From: Pirellulales bacterium
GTDB lineage: Bacteria > Planctomycetota > Planctomycetia > Pirellulales > PALSA-1355
DNA length: 64,000 nucleotides
Direction: 5' to 3'
Assembly (NCBI GenBank): GCA_963733035.1
Contig: CAVTBU010000006.1
Location: 224,001 to 288,000, forward strand
The notes beneath the pieces are model-generated. The model searched no databases, had not been told where the DNA came from, and worked only from the letters and a program-made list of their open reading frames with translations. A program made the position numbers and the translations under genes. Of this stretch, positions 48,700 to 59,582 are shown in pieces; position 1 is the stretch's first letter, and each line of letters opens with the position of its first letter.

Positions 48700-50236
48700 T
48701 TGCTTTAATTAAGGCTTCCCGTGCATCACCGTAAAACACAATCGTCACTTTCGTCGCCAAATCGTCAGACAGTTCAAAGAGCTGTTTTCGCGATGAAATT
48801 GGCATGAGGACAACGGACGCGCCTTTCTCGACCGCCAATTCGACGACATCAATCGCATTGTGCACCGGATCAATTGACCCACCGAGATTCAATCCCCCTA
48901 CAACAACCAAGCCGCCGCGTAGGCTGCGGTTTATCAGTGACGAACAGAGGCCCAAGAGGGCGGCCATGCCTAGCGACCTTCCGCCCTTGCTGGCGTCAAA
49001 CGCCCGCAGCTGAATTGAAAACTCGTGCTCCCGCGGGTTGCGGTCACCGACAAGTTGAGACGGCTGAGAATACAAATTGGCTTCCGCGTACTTCACTGAC
49101 TCAGAGAACGACGGAGGAGCCGGTCGATTGAGAATTCGCGTCCCATTGCCTGGACCTTCAGAAACTTCGATGCGATACAGCCCCGAACCTTCGTCCTGGC
49201 CGCCGGGGCTAATCGCCCATACTTGTCCAGGCGGCAATGGATCGCGGCCGATATGGTCCTCGCTCTGCAATTCCGGGGTGACGACGAACTGTTCGATGCC
49301 GTCGCGGCCAAGCGCGTAACTAAACTGCGTGTTTCGGAACTCGGCACTGCCGATTCGCTTCTGTTGCTCCTTGACGCGTCGGCGAGATTCCAATGCCAGA
49401 CGCACTGCCCATTCAAGGTCTTTGTCAGACACGTCTTCGTCCGGGCTAGGATGAATGAGCTTGAGTAGGCCATTGATTGTTTTGTTGGCTGCGTTTTGAT
49501 CCCGACCACTCAATGCACCTCCGAACGTTACTCTTCCCTGCAGGGTCGATAGCCGATTGTGGCTTCTTAGGCGGGTCCAACACTCGCTCAGGAAATCGGA
49601 TACCAGCCCAAAATGGTTCGTCTTTGTTTGTTCGGAGACTTTCGGCACGTCCCAGCCTGGAAGGTAACCGTGAATTCGGTCCATGAGTGCGGTGTCATCT
49701 CGCATTTCGGGCGGCATCGGACCGAATAGGTGCCCGACTCGTTGCTGATGTGCCACATCGACTTCAAAATTCCCGACCATTACGATACTGCCGTAAGCCC
49801 TAATGCTTTCCTTTCCGCGGCTGAATTCACCGGACTCCATGTACCCTTTCATGATGTTGACGCCGTCCTTTTGATCGAAGGACACGCCGGACACCTCGTC
49901 GAAACACACCACATCATACTGACACACCAAGCCGCGCTGCCCCGTGCTGTTATTCACAAACATGCGGGCCACCGTCGCTTTGCCGCCGGAAACCAGGTGA
50001 GCGTACGGCGATATTTGCTGATATAAATGGCTCTTGCCAGTTCCACGCGGACCGAGTTCAACCAGGTTGTAGTTATTCTCAACAAAGGGAACCATGCGCA
50101 GGAGGAGGGCATCCATATTCCGAGGGCTGAGCGACTGCGGCTCCAGCCCGATGCTCCGAATCAAGAACTGCTTCCATTCATCGGTGGTAAAACGTTGACG
50201 CCCTTCATAGAGGCTGTCCAGCACATCCCGTTTCGA
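48689..50236 (-). pseudogene. brxL: 5'-truncated BREX Lon-like protein BrxL
   Basis: LRMVPFVENNYNLVELGPRGTGKSH, FDEV, MESGEFSRG, DRIH, C-terminal Lon-like domain; N-terminus missing. Confidence 0.85.
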
Positions 50237-50237
50237 G

Positions 50238-52597
50238 GCAAGTCTGCCTGATGCCAAGAAGTCAGGCACGGGCTGGTCGGCCTGCTGTCCGGCCCACGAC
50301 GATCGGCAGCCCAGCCTGTCGATCGCCGAGGGGGAGGACGGCCGGGTCTTGCTCAAGTGTCACGCCGGTTGCCCAGTCGATGCAATCTGTGCGGCGCTCG
50401 GCCTCAAGCCGACAGACCTGTTTGCAGTGTCAACGTCAACGGTATTGCACCCAGCCCGGGAAAAACACCAATACCGTGGACAGGCAAACGGCAAAACGAT
50501 GGGCAACTCGTTCGCCACCGCTGACGAGGCAATCCACGAGCTCGAGCGGCGGCATGGCCCTTCCACGGCCCGATGGACCTACCGCGATGACAGCGGAGTT
50601 GTGGTCGGCGTGGTCGTTCGATGGGACTTGCCGGACGGCAGCAAGAAGATTCGGCCAGTCAGCCTGCATGGCGACCACTGGCGAATTGCGGGAATGTCCA
50701 CGCCTCGGCCGTTGTACCGCCCGGAAGACCTGCGTGACGCGAAGCGGGTCTACGTCTGCGAGGGCGAGAAGGCCGTGGAAGCGGCCCGATCGCTCGGACT
50801 GATCGCGACCACTTCGGCGCATGGATCGAAGTCGTCGGACAAGACCGATTGGAGTCCGCTCGCCGGGAGGGAGGTCGTGCTTCTGCCCGACAACGATCCG
50901 GCTGGACTTGAGTATGCAGACGCAGTCGTCGGTCTGTTGGAGCGACTCAAGCCTCCTCCGACGATCAAGGTGGTAGAGCTGCCTGACCTGCCGCAGAAGG
51001 GCGACATCGTGGAGTGGATCGAATCACATGGCGACGCAGCGGAGCCCGAGTCAATGCGAGACGAACTGGAGCAACTGGCCGACCAAGCAGATTTTGTTCA
51101 GCGCAATGTTCCGGCGAAATCAGGCGCCCGCGTCGTGAGCTTCACTCCGTTTCCGACGGAGGTGTTGCCCGAACCGATTCGAAGCTTTGTGCTTGTTGCA
51201 GCAAGGGCAATCTGCTGTGACGCGTCGTACATCGTTCTCCCGTTGTTGGCCGTGCTGGCGTCGGCGATTGGCAACACGCGCCGATTGACACTCAAGCCTG
51301 GGTGGAACGCGCCAGCAATCATCTGGACAGCCATCGTGGGCGAGAGCGGCACGGCCAAGACGCCGGCGTTTTCGCTCGTGATGCGGCCCATCAAGAATCG
51401 CCAGGCGAAGGCGCTCAAGCAATACGAAGCGGACATGCAGCAGTACCAGACTGACCTGGCGAACTATGACAAGGCGTTGACCGTCTGGAAACGGGATAAG
51501 AACACAACGGATCCGCCGCCGGACAAGCCGCATGAGCCACAGCCCAGACGGTGCATGGTCGGCGACACAACCGTCGAAGCACTCGCCCCGATTCTCAAGG
51601 CAAACTGGTGCGGCGTGCTGGTGGCCCGAGATGAGTTGGCCGGCTGGATTGGCTCGTTCGATCGATACGCCAGCGGCAAGGGCGGTGCAGACTCCCGCAT
51701 TGGTTGAGCATGTTCAATGGCGAGAACATCTCCGTGGATCGCAAGACGGGCATCCCCAAAACCATTTTCGTTCCGCTGGCCTCCGTTTGTGTGACCGGCG
51801 GCATTCAGCCGGCCATTCTGCATCGGGCCCTGGGAACTCAGCACAGAGAGTCTGGTCTGGCGGCGCGTCTGCTCGTGTGTTGCCCTCCGCGCAAGGCCAA
51901 GAAGTGGACCGATGCGGGCATCGACCCATCCATGGAAGCACAGCTTGCCATGCTGCTGGATCGTCTGTTTGAGCTCGAGCCCAGGTTCGACGAGGACGAC
52001 GAGCCGATGCCGGTCCTGGTTCGACTGTCGAAGGAAGCGCATGAGGAGTGGAAGGCCTACTACGATGCCCATGCGCATGAGCAGGTCGATTTGACCGGCG
52101 ATCTGTCCGCAGCGTGGTCAAAGCTCGAGGAATATGCCGCTCGGCTGGCGCTCGTGGTCCATTTGGTCCGCTGGGCCGCCGATGACCCAACGCTGGAGTC
52201 AGAACATGTCGTCGACGTCGACAGCGTTCGAGCGGGCGTCACGATGACCCAGTGGTTCAAGCACGAAGTTCGACGTGTCTATGCGCTGCTGTGCGAGACG
52301 GACGAGGAGCGAGACGAGCGCCGGCTCGTCGAGTGGATCGATCGCAAAGGCGGAGCGGTCACAGCTCGCGAGGCGCACATGGGCTGCCGCTGGCTTCGGG
52401 AGGCGGGCTTGGCCGAAGCTGCACTGAATGCGCTGGTGCAATCTGGGCAGGGCACCTGGGAACCATCGCCTCGCGGAGCTCGTGGCCAACCGACGCGCCG
52501 ATTCCGACTGACAACAGCGTCAACCGTCAACGGTAATTGTCCCGCACCCGACGAAAAGACGAATACCGTTGACGTTGACGACGCAGACGCAGCGTAG
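50238..52597 (+). CDS. Zn-finger/TOPRIM primase with DUF3987 helicase-like domain (start lost; frameshift near 51690)
   Basis: CPAHDDRQPSL..CHAGC, CEGEK, PDNDPAG, GESGTAKT, RDEL, VTGGIQP. Confidence 0.82.
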
Positions 52598-52767
52598 ATC
52601 GCACTCGCCAGGGGAACTTTTGGCAGTTCCCCGTCCACCGGGCCCGTTTGCTTTGCAAGATGCGAAACGTGCCGGTAGTGTCCGCGTGTGGCCCGTCGCG
52701 AACCGACGCGAGCCCGTGCAACTTTACAACGACCAAGTTCTAAATCTTGAAACGAAAGGAAATGAAG

Positions 52768-53973
52768 ATGGCAAGTATCGCAACGGATCAAAATGGCCGG
52801 CGGCGAATTCTGTTTATTGCGCCGGATGGACGGCGGCCAACGGTGCGGCTGGGCAAGGTGTCGCAGCGGGCGGCTGAGGGCGTGAAGCACCGCGTGGAAC
52901 AATTGCTCGAGTGCAAAATGCTTAACCGGCCGATGGAGGCGGACCTGGCAACGTGGGTCGCGAGGCTGCATCCTCGCATGGCCAAGAGGTTCGCGGCGGT
53001 GGGGCTGATTCCCAAGGCGGATGCGCTGGCGGGCCCAACGTTGCAGAACTTCATCAACGAATACACCACGGCACGCAGCGACATCAAACCACGGTCGGTC
53101 AATCGATTGGAAGCGGCCGGCAAGAAGCTCGTGGAGTGCTTTGGGCCGGATCGGCGGATGAAGGAGTTTACGATTGGAGACGCCGACAGCTTCCGTATTT
53201 GGCTGCTTGGACAAAGTTTTGCTGAAAACACCGTGCGGCGGCTTTGCGGACGTGCCAAGCAGTTCTTCAGGGCGGCTGTGCGGCGGAAGCTGATCCCGGA
53301 GAATCCGTTCGGCGATCTGGTGTCCGCGGTGCGAGGCAACCCCAGCCGCTTCTACTTCGTTACTCAAGAGGAGGCGACGAAAGTGCTCGATGCCTGCCCC
53401 GACGCCGAATGGCGGCTCTTGTTCGCGCTCAGCCGCTACGGCGGGCTGCGCTGCCCCAGCGAGCACCTCAGCATGCGGTGGGGCGATGTCGACTGGGCGA
53501 ACAATCGGGTGCGTGTGCCCAGCCCGAAGACGGAGCACATTGAGGGGAAGGAGTCGCGGATGATCCCCATGTTCCCCGAGTTGAAACCGTACCTCGAGGA
53601 GGCGTTCGAGCAAGCCGCGCCGGGCACCGAGTTTGTGATCAACCGCTACCGCAGTTGCAACGCCAACCTGCGAACCCAGCTCATGCGGATCATCAAACGG
53701 GCCGGACTGAAGCCGTGGCCCAAGCCGTTTCAGAACCTGCGGAGCACGCGGGAGACCGAGCTGATGGAGAAGTTTCCGGCCCACGTCGTGTGCGGTTGGA
53801 TTGGCAACAGCGAGGCGATCGCGCTCAAGCACTACCTGCAAGTCACCGACGACCATTTCGATCGGGCCGTGCGGGGCGAGGCGGAGATCGGGCCGGAAGT
53901 CGCGCCGACTGTTACCAACACTCCCGCCAACCCAGCGGCGCAAAGCGGCGCAGCATGCGCACGCAACGGGTAG
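52768..53973 (+). CDS. Tyrosine recombinase/integrase
   Basis: GGLRCPSE, SPKTEH, NLRSTRET, WIGNS..IALKHY. Confidence 0.92.
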   Translation: MASIATDQNGRRRILFIAPDGRRPTVRLGKVSQRAAEGVKHRVEQLLECKMLNRPMEADLATWVARLHPRMAKRFAAVGLIPKADALAGPTLQNFINEYTTARSDIKPRSVNRLEAAGKKLVECFGPDRRMKEFTIGDADSFRIWLLGQSFAENTVRRLCGRAKQFFRAAVRRKLIPENPFGDLVSAVRGNPSRFYFVTQEEATKVLDACPDAEWRLLFALSRYGGLRCPSEHLSMRWGDVDWANNRVRVPSPKTEHIEGKESRMIPMFPELKPYLEEAFEQAAPGTEFVINRYRSCNANLRTQLMRIIKRAGLKPWPKPFQNLRSTRETELMEKFPAHVVCGWIGNSEAIALKHYLQVTDDHFDRAVRGEAEIGPEVAPTVTNTPANPAAQSGAACARNG

Positions 53974-54065
53974 CAGCGAGCCGCAGGCGACTCAGACCAC
54001 CAACGCAAAAGCCCCGGGATTGCCGGGGCCTGCGACTTCCTGCGATATAGTGAACACTTGTTCAG

Positions 54066-54138
54066 TACCCCCACGGGGAGTCGAACCCCGGTTTTCGGAC
54101 TGAGAATCCGACGTCCTGGGCCACTAGACGATGGGGGC
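54066..54138 (-). tRNA. tRNA-Glu(CTC), chromosomal integration site
   Basis: GCCCCCA...TCGGA-TTCTCAG-TCCGA...TGGGGGTA. Confidence 0.93.
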
Positions 54139-54291
54139 GTGGCCTTGGGTTGGTCTGCGTTGTCGGAGGCGGACGACCTTCGACGGCGACCAGGCTATTC
54201 TAATCTATCGGCCCCGCCAAGGGCCAAACCCTAGTTGGTATAAAAACGTCGGGGGGCTGTCAACGGGTGCGGTGCGGCTCTTTACGTCGGC

Positions 54292-55884
54292 CTACCCGTC
54301 CGTCGCGCCTTCATTCGTTGTCGTGCCGCGTGGAGCGCGCTGCAGCCACTCGCGCCAGAGACGGAAGCTGCGGTAATCGCTTGGAGTCCGGCGCTCCGCG
54401 AGGACGACGCCGATGAGCACCCGCATTTCGCCGTCGAGTTCGTTGCGTTGGGGGTATAGGCGTGTGAGCTTGTCGGCGGCTTCGGTGAACTTGTTTTCGC
54501 GGATCAGCACCACGGCCTGCCCCGCCAAACCGAACGCACGCAGTTGCACCTCGGCATCATTATATGCCGCAAACTCGTCGAATATTTCCTTGGCCTGGGC
54601 GTAGTCGTAGTCGCGCAGGTAGAGCAATGCCAGGCCCTGTTTGGCCCGCTGGACGTCGAAAGTACTGTTGGGAAAGTAGTAGGGGACGCTCTTCCAGCCG
54701 GCTTCAGTATCGAGCAGTGTGGCGTAGATCAATTGCTCAGCCGACGTATCGTGCTTGGAAACCGCCGTGGGGTCTTCGGGGGTGGCCACGATCACCGGTG
54801 CTGAACGCAGAGCCCAGGCCGCTGCGGCCCCCAACCCCAGACACAACACGCTGGCAGCGATCCAGGGCAAGATGCCGCGCCGCCGCACAGCCGGCATCGA
54901 CGAGGTGCGCATCGCGACCGCCAACTGCTGTGTGGCCTGGCGGCGGGCTTCGACGGTGCTCAGCAGGTCGTCCTGCCAACCATCCACTTCCTCACCCGGA
55001 TCATCCTGATAGAGCTCGATCGACACGGTTCGTAGTTCGTGGAGGAGTTGCCGCGGCGTGGAATATCGCTCCTTGGGATCCTTGGCCAGCATCGTGTGCA
55101 CGATGCGGCAGACCTGCGCGGGGATGTCCGCCCGTAGATTCTCAATCCGCTGCGGCGGAGCGTTCAGGTGTTGCACGGCGATCGACAAGGCCGTTTCGCC
55201 GCGGAACGGGGGTTCTCCGGCCAGCATTTCGTAGGCGGTGACGCCCAGCGAGTAGATATCGCTGCGGCTGTCGAGCGGTTTACCTTCGACCTGCTCGGGG
55301 CTCATATAGAGCGGCGTGCCCATCGTGACGCCAATTTGCGTGAGGTTTTGAGCCTCGTCGGCGCGATACAGCCGCGCCAGGCCAAAGTCGGCTACCTTCA
55401 CTTCGCCGCTGGCCGAGAGCATGATATTTTCCGGCTTGATGTCGCGGTGGACGATGCCATGCTCGGCGGCCTTGTGTAGCGCGGCGGCCACCTGGCGAAC
55501 GATCGCCACGACGCGGGCAACTTCTGGCGGTCCTCGTCGGGTCATCAGTTCGGCCAGGTTAAGCCCCTGGACGTATTCCTGGGCGATGAAATGGGAGCCA
55601 TCGGCGTAGCCCACTTCGTATATCTGGACGATGTTGGCGTGGATGAGTTGGGCGGCGGCCCGGGCTTCTTGCTGAAAACGATCGACGTAGGTGGCGTCGG
55701 TAGCCAGGTTGCTGCGGAGGATCTTGATGGCAACTTGCCGGCCGAGCGAGAGCTGGTTGGCCAGATAGACTTCGGCCATGGCGCCTTTGCCGAGTCGCCG
55801 GAGCAATCGATAGCCGTTTAGAGTTCGTCCCGAGAAGTCGGTATCCGCGGCGGCATCGGTTGCGGTCGGTCGGACGTCCGACAT
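54292..55884 (-). CDS. Membrane Ser/Thr protein kinase
   Basis: LGKGAMAEVY, VAIK, HRDIKPEN, DFGLA, YMSPEQ; TM helix. Confidence 0.95.
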   Translation of the reverse strand: MSDVRPTATDAAADTDFSGRTLNGYRLLRRLGKGAMAEVYLANQLSLGRQVAIKILRSNLATDATYVDRFQQEARAAAQLIHANIVQIYEVGYADGSHFIAQEYVQGLNLAELMTRRGPPEVARVVAIVRQVAAALHKAAEHGIVHRDIKPENIMLSASGEVKVADFGLARLYRADEAQNLTQIGVTMGTPLYMSPEQVEGKPLDSRSDIYSLGVTAYEMLAGEPPFRGETALSIAVQHLNAPPQRIENLRADIPAQVCRIVHTMLAKDPKERYSTPRQLLHELRTVSIELYQDDPGEEVDGWQDDLLSTVEARRQATQQLAVAMRTSSMPAVRRRGILPWIAASVLCLGLGAAAAWALRSAPVIVATPEDPTAVSKHDTSAEQLIYATLLDTEAGWKSVPYYFPNSTFDVQRAKQGLALLYLRDYDYAQAKEIFDEFAAYNDAEVQLRAFGLAGQAVVLIRENKFTEAADKLTRLYPQRNELDGEMRVLIGVVLAERRTPSDYRSFRLWREWLQRAPRGTTTNEGATDG

Positions 55885-56096
55885 GGGAGTTCTCGGCGGT
55901 ACGTCGGTTGGCAGTCGCTGGGATGGTTGCCGTGCCGGTGGGATGCGGCAATCGCTGCAATTCAGTTCCAAAAGGGTCACGGGTCACAACCGTCCCATTC
56001 TATCAAACGGGGCCAGACCTTAATTTAGTATGAAGCGGCAACGCCCCACTGACAACCGTCGCATAAGTTACAAAAAAATGCACGTTCGGCCGGCCG

Positions 56097-58436
56097 CTAG
56101 CGGTTCAGCTGTTGGGGCCAGTTGAGATGTCTGTGCAGAAAATCGAAGGTGCCAACGCCGTGAATGGTGTGGGGACCGTCGAAGAATTCGATGGCCGTGC
56201 GATCGGGGATGCCGAGGTCAGCATAAAGGTGCCGAATTTTGGCATATTCATAAGCAACCCACGGGTCGGGCGCGACGCCGTCGTGATGGCCCCGTTCGAC
56301 CATGAACGGTCGCGGCGCGATCAGGGCTGCCATTTCGGCATAGTTGTAGGTGTTGCCCAGGTCGAACTCGAAGATCTCATATTCACCGGTGGCAACATAA
56401 CTATAGGGAGCGCGAGTCGAGGCATTCTTCCAAATCCACTCATTGAAGTCGGCCGAACAGATCGAAAGGCAATAGTTCTCGACAAGGGCGGGCACGCGCA
56501 TCGCGGTCTTGCCGCCGTACGAGAGGCCATAAAACGCGATCCGCTCCGGATCGACCATCGGCAGCGTGGCTAGCCAGTTCACGAGTTGCTGGTGTTGCGG
56601 CACGATGATCGAGAACAACGTCTTGCCAAGCGGATTGGCCTTGCGCTGCAGAGTGCGGAAACGGTCTTGAAAAATGTAGGGGTTTTGGGGCGCGTAGACG
56701 ATGAAGCCGCGCTCGGCGAGCCGGCAGGCGTATTGGTTGTAGGCGGGATTTACTTTCGCGGGATCGGCGACGTCGGTCGGGCGTCCTTCCAGACCATGCT
56801 GGCAAACCACCACCGGCCGCCGCTCGCCGGGCTGCAGATTCTTGGGCAGCAACAGGATGCCGTAGGCGAAGACGTCGGGAAAAACGTCGAGCACGACTTC
56901 GTGCCCCGTGTAAAGCGTTTCGTCGTAGATCTGTCGCGTGCGCGGATTTGCCGGCAAAAGCGGTTCGTCGAAGCGGCCGATGACTTCGTCGTAGAAATGT
57001 TGGCGGTACGATTGAGTTGATGCTTTCCATTTCTCCCGGTCGTGCGACGCGCGGTCGGCTTTGGACCAGAAGTCTTCTCGTACGTACTCGCCTTCGCGCA
57101 TCAGGTGCTGCGTGTCGGCGTTGATCTGGTCGAAGGCCCGTCGATGCCGATCGGTGGCGTCGGGCAGTTCTTGCTCGATCACAGGTGACTCGGTGAGGGG
57201 GACGAAGACCGCGTCGCGATAGAGTGTCGTAAGAAACGCGGTGACGGCTTTTTCGGTATAAGGAGCGCCACTGCCGTCATCACTGACAATGCATTGAGGC
57301 GGATGTTTTGTCTCGAGGCCCGCGATCAGCGATTTGCCACGATCGATTTCGGCTTGCACGGTGCTCGCCGCAGGCGTTATCAGCTGCCCAGGCGCAGCCG
57401 AGCTATTGCGACCCTCACCTGCCGCCGGCGGACCGGAGACGTCGGGTGCTCGGCAGGCCTCGACGACGAGTGTCCGCGGAGCGATCAGGCTGGCTAGCTC
57501 GGCGTCTCCGAACTGGTCCAACAGCCCGAAGACGTTGCGGTAAATGGGCTCCTGCCAGATTCCTTGCCTGCTGCCGAAGTACCCGCTGACAAGCGCCGCG
57601 TCGATCCGTTCGTCGAGTGCGGCCGCGTACAACGCTATCAATCCGCCTTCGCCGTAACCGGCCACGCCGATCGGTCGTACATCGGCGCCTTGTGCCTGGC
57701 GGAACCAGTCGACGGCGGCCAACACCTTTTGCACTTCGTAACCGATGATGTGTCGTCCCATTTCGAACGCCGGACGATAAAGGAATTCTCGATGCGGTTG
57801 GTTTGTGGCGCGGGGGCCAATGGCCGAGAGGTCGTCTTGGCGGTTGATTAGCGCGGGCACGACCACTTCGCAGCCGCGCTCGGCCATGCGTTGCGCGATC
57901 CGATCGCTCGGTTCGACTCCAGTGATCAGACCCGACAACTGCTCTGGCGTCTGATCTGCGTCGGGGATAATGACAATGCGGGCATGGACGTTTTCAGCAG
58001 ATCGAGGGCGCAGCAAAAGGCCCTCAGCGTGGACGCCGCGGACCACTGGCCAGCGAACCGCGATAATCTCGATCTCGGGGTGTCTCGCCGTCGCCAACAC
58101 GGCCGGATGCGAAGATGTCTGCAGGAATTCGATCTCGCGCACTTGGGCGCGGTCGTCGTGGGCGCCTACGATTTTCGCCAATCGTGCGCGGTTGGGAGCG
58201 ATCGATTGGCTGTGGGCCTCTGGGCTGGAGACGTCGCGTTTCCAATGCCGCGACCGCCGGGACACCGATTCGTCGATCTCGCGGAGCAGAAACCGATCGA
58301 TGCCGGCCACCATCTGGTCGGCCAAATCGCCGTGCATTTCGAGCGGCTTGGTGCCGGGCAGGGGCTCGCCTGCGGAAAGGTAAGGCAGCCAACTTAGCAA
58401 GAGAGCAATCAGGCAGGCAGCGCAACTCGACTTCAT
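56097..58436 (-). CDS. Secreted tandem alpha/beta hydrolase (dienelactone hydrolase-like)
   Basis: Signal peptide; GYGEGG and GLSYGG; LIAPRP twice. Confidence 0.82.
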   Translation of the reverse strand: MKSSCAACLIALLLSWLPYLSAGEPLPGTKPLEMHGDLADQMVAGIDRFLLREIDESVSRRSRHWKRDVSSPEAHSQSIAPNRARLAKIVGAHDDRAQVREIEFLQTSSHPAVLATARHPEIEIIAVRWPVVRGVHAEGLLLRPRSAENVHARIVIIPDADQTPEQLSGLITGVEPSDRIAQRMAERGCEVVVPALINRQDDLSAIGPRATNQPHREFLYRPAFEMGRHIIGYEVQKVLAAVDWFRQAQGADVRPIGVAGYGEGGLIALYAAALDERIDAALVSGYFGSRQGIWQEPIYRNVFGLLDQFGDAELASLIAPRTLVVEACRAPDVSGPPAAGEGRNSSAAPGQLITPAASTVQAEIDRGKSLIAGLETKHPPQCIVSDDGSGAPYTEKAVTAFLTTLYRDAVFVPLTESPVIEQELPDATDRHRRAFDQINADTQHLMREGEYVREDFWSKADRASHDREKWKASTQSYRQHFYDEVIGRFDEPLLPANPRTRQIYDETLYTGHEVVLDVFPDVFAYGILLLPKNLQPGERRPVVVCQHGLEGRPTDVADPAKVNPAYNQYACRLAERGFIVYAPQNPYIFQDRFRTLQRKANPLGKTLFSIIVPQHQQLVNWLATLPMVDPERIAFYGLSYGGKTAMRVPALVENYCLSICSADFNEWIWKNASTRAPYSYVATGEYEIFEFDLGNTYNYAEMAALIAPRPFMVERGHHDGVAPDPWVAYEYAKIRHLYADLGIPDRTAIEFFDGPHTIHGVGTFDFLHRHLNWPQQLNR

Positions 58437-58665
58437 GCGGGTACCAAAGCGGGGAGTTGATCGATTTCGGTAGGTCGTTCAGGGCGATTTCAAGCTTAGC
58501 AACGCCCTGGACACCATTCCACCAAAGCGGCAGCGCCAAATGGGTCGGACTGGCTGTAAGTTGGCAGCTCTTGGCTGGCCCAACTATAATTTGGGCTATT
58601 CCGGCGGCCGACAGCGGCGGACCGGTTTTTTCTCCGAAAATCGAGACGCCTCGAAAGTGATCCTC

Positions 58666-59559
58666 ATGAGCCAACTTTTTGTCACCAGTCGTCGCACTTT
58701 CCTGCGATCCACCTTGGCCGGCGCGGCACTCGGCACGTTTGTCTCGCGAGGTTTTGGCGACGACTCGAAGCCGCGGCTGAAAAAGGCGGTGAAGTACGGC
58801 ATGATCAAAGTGCCCGGGGCGTCAATCGAGGAGAAGTTCCAACTAATCAAGCGCTTGGGCTTCGAGGGCGTGGAAGTCGACAGCCCTAGTGACGTCGATC
58901 GCGAGGAAGCCAAGCGGGCCCAGGACGTCACCGGTATCCAGATTCACGGCGTCATCGATTCGGTGCATTGGCACAAGCGGCTTTCGGATCCCGATCCAAA
59001 GGTCCGTGCCGCGGGGTTGGCAGCGCTGCGGACGGCCATCGACGACGCCAAATTCTACGGTGCCAACACGGTGTTGCTTGTTCCTGGAAAAGTGACCGAC
59101 CCCAAAACGGAGAACTACGACCAGGTTTACGCTCGCTCGCAGGAAGAGATTCGCAAAGTGCTGCCGCAAGCCGACGATGCTGGCGTGAAGATCGCAATCG
59201 AAGTGGTTTGGAATGACTTTATCACGAAGCCCGAGCAATTGGTGCAGTACGTGGACGACTTTAAAACGCCAACCGTTGGTGCGTATTTCGACTGCAGCAA
59301 CATGGTCAAGTACGGCGTGCCTTCGGCGACTTGGATCCGCGAGCTCGGTCCGCGAATGCTCAAGTTCGACTTCAAGGGCTACAGTCACGAGCGGCAGTGG
59401 GTGCCGATTGGCGAGGGCGACGAAGATTGGCCCGAGATCCTCAAAGCCCTGGACGAAATCGGCTATCACGGTTGGGCCACCAGCGAAGTGTCTGGCGGCG
59501 GTCAGCAAGAGCTGGCGGAAATTGCCGAACGGATGAACCGCGTGTTGGGGCTGAGCTGA
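58666..59559 (+). CDS. Tat-exported sugar phosphate isomerase/epimerase (TIM barrel)
   Basis: SRRTFL; IAIEVVWN, YFDCSN. Confidence 0.85.
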   Translation: MSQLFVTSRRTFLRSTLAGAALGTFVSRGFGDDSKPRLKKAVKYGMIKVPGASIEEKFQLIKRLGFEGVEVDSPSDVDREEAKRAQDVTGIQIHGVIDSVHWHKRLSDPDPKVRAAGLAALRTAIDDAKFYGANTVLLVPGKVTDPKTENYDQVYARSQEEIRKVLPQADDAGVKIAIEVVWNDFITKPEQLVQYVDDFKTPTVGAYFDCSNMVKYGVPSATWIRELGPRMLKFDFKGYSHERQWVPIGEGDEDWPEILKALDEIGYHGWATSEVSGGGQQELAEIAERMNRVLGLS

Positions 59560-59582
59560 GCCCTTTTACATGCGATGTCAAC

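Larger units (their letters stand above)
29371..54089. mobile_element. Integrative element copy 2 at tRNA-Glu(CTC)
   Basis: 16-bp direct repeat ends; integrase and primase next to the tRNA. Confidence 0.82.

Noticed and set aside
50237..50356. N-terminus of the 555-aa BrxL ORF
   Set aside because: It is the antisense reading of the primase zinc-finger region beyond the deletion junction.
52279..53943. Long antisense ORFs (554 aa here; also 28158-29537, 44983-46074, 60750-62111, 279-1316)
   Set aside because: Shadow frames of well-supported genes in GC-rich DNA, with no motifs of their own.
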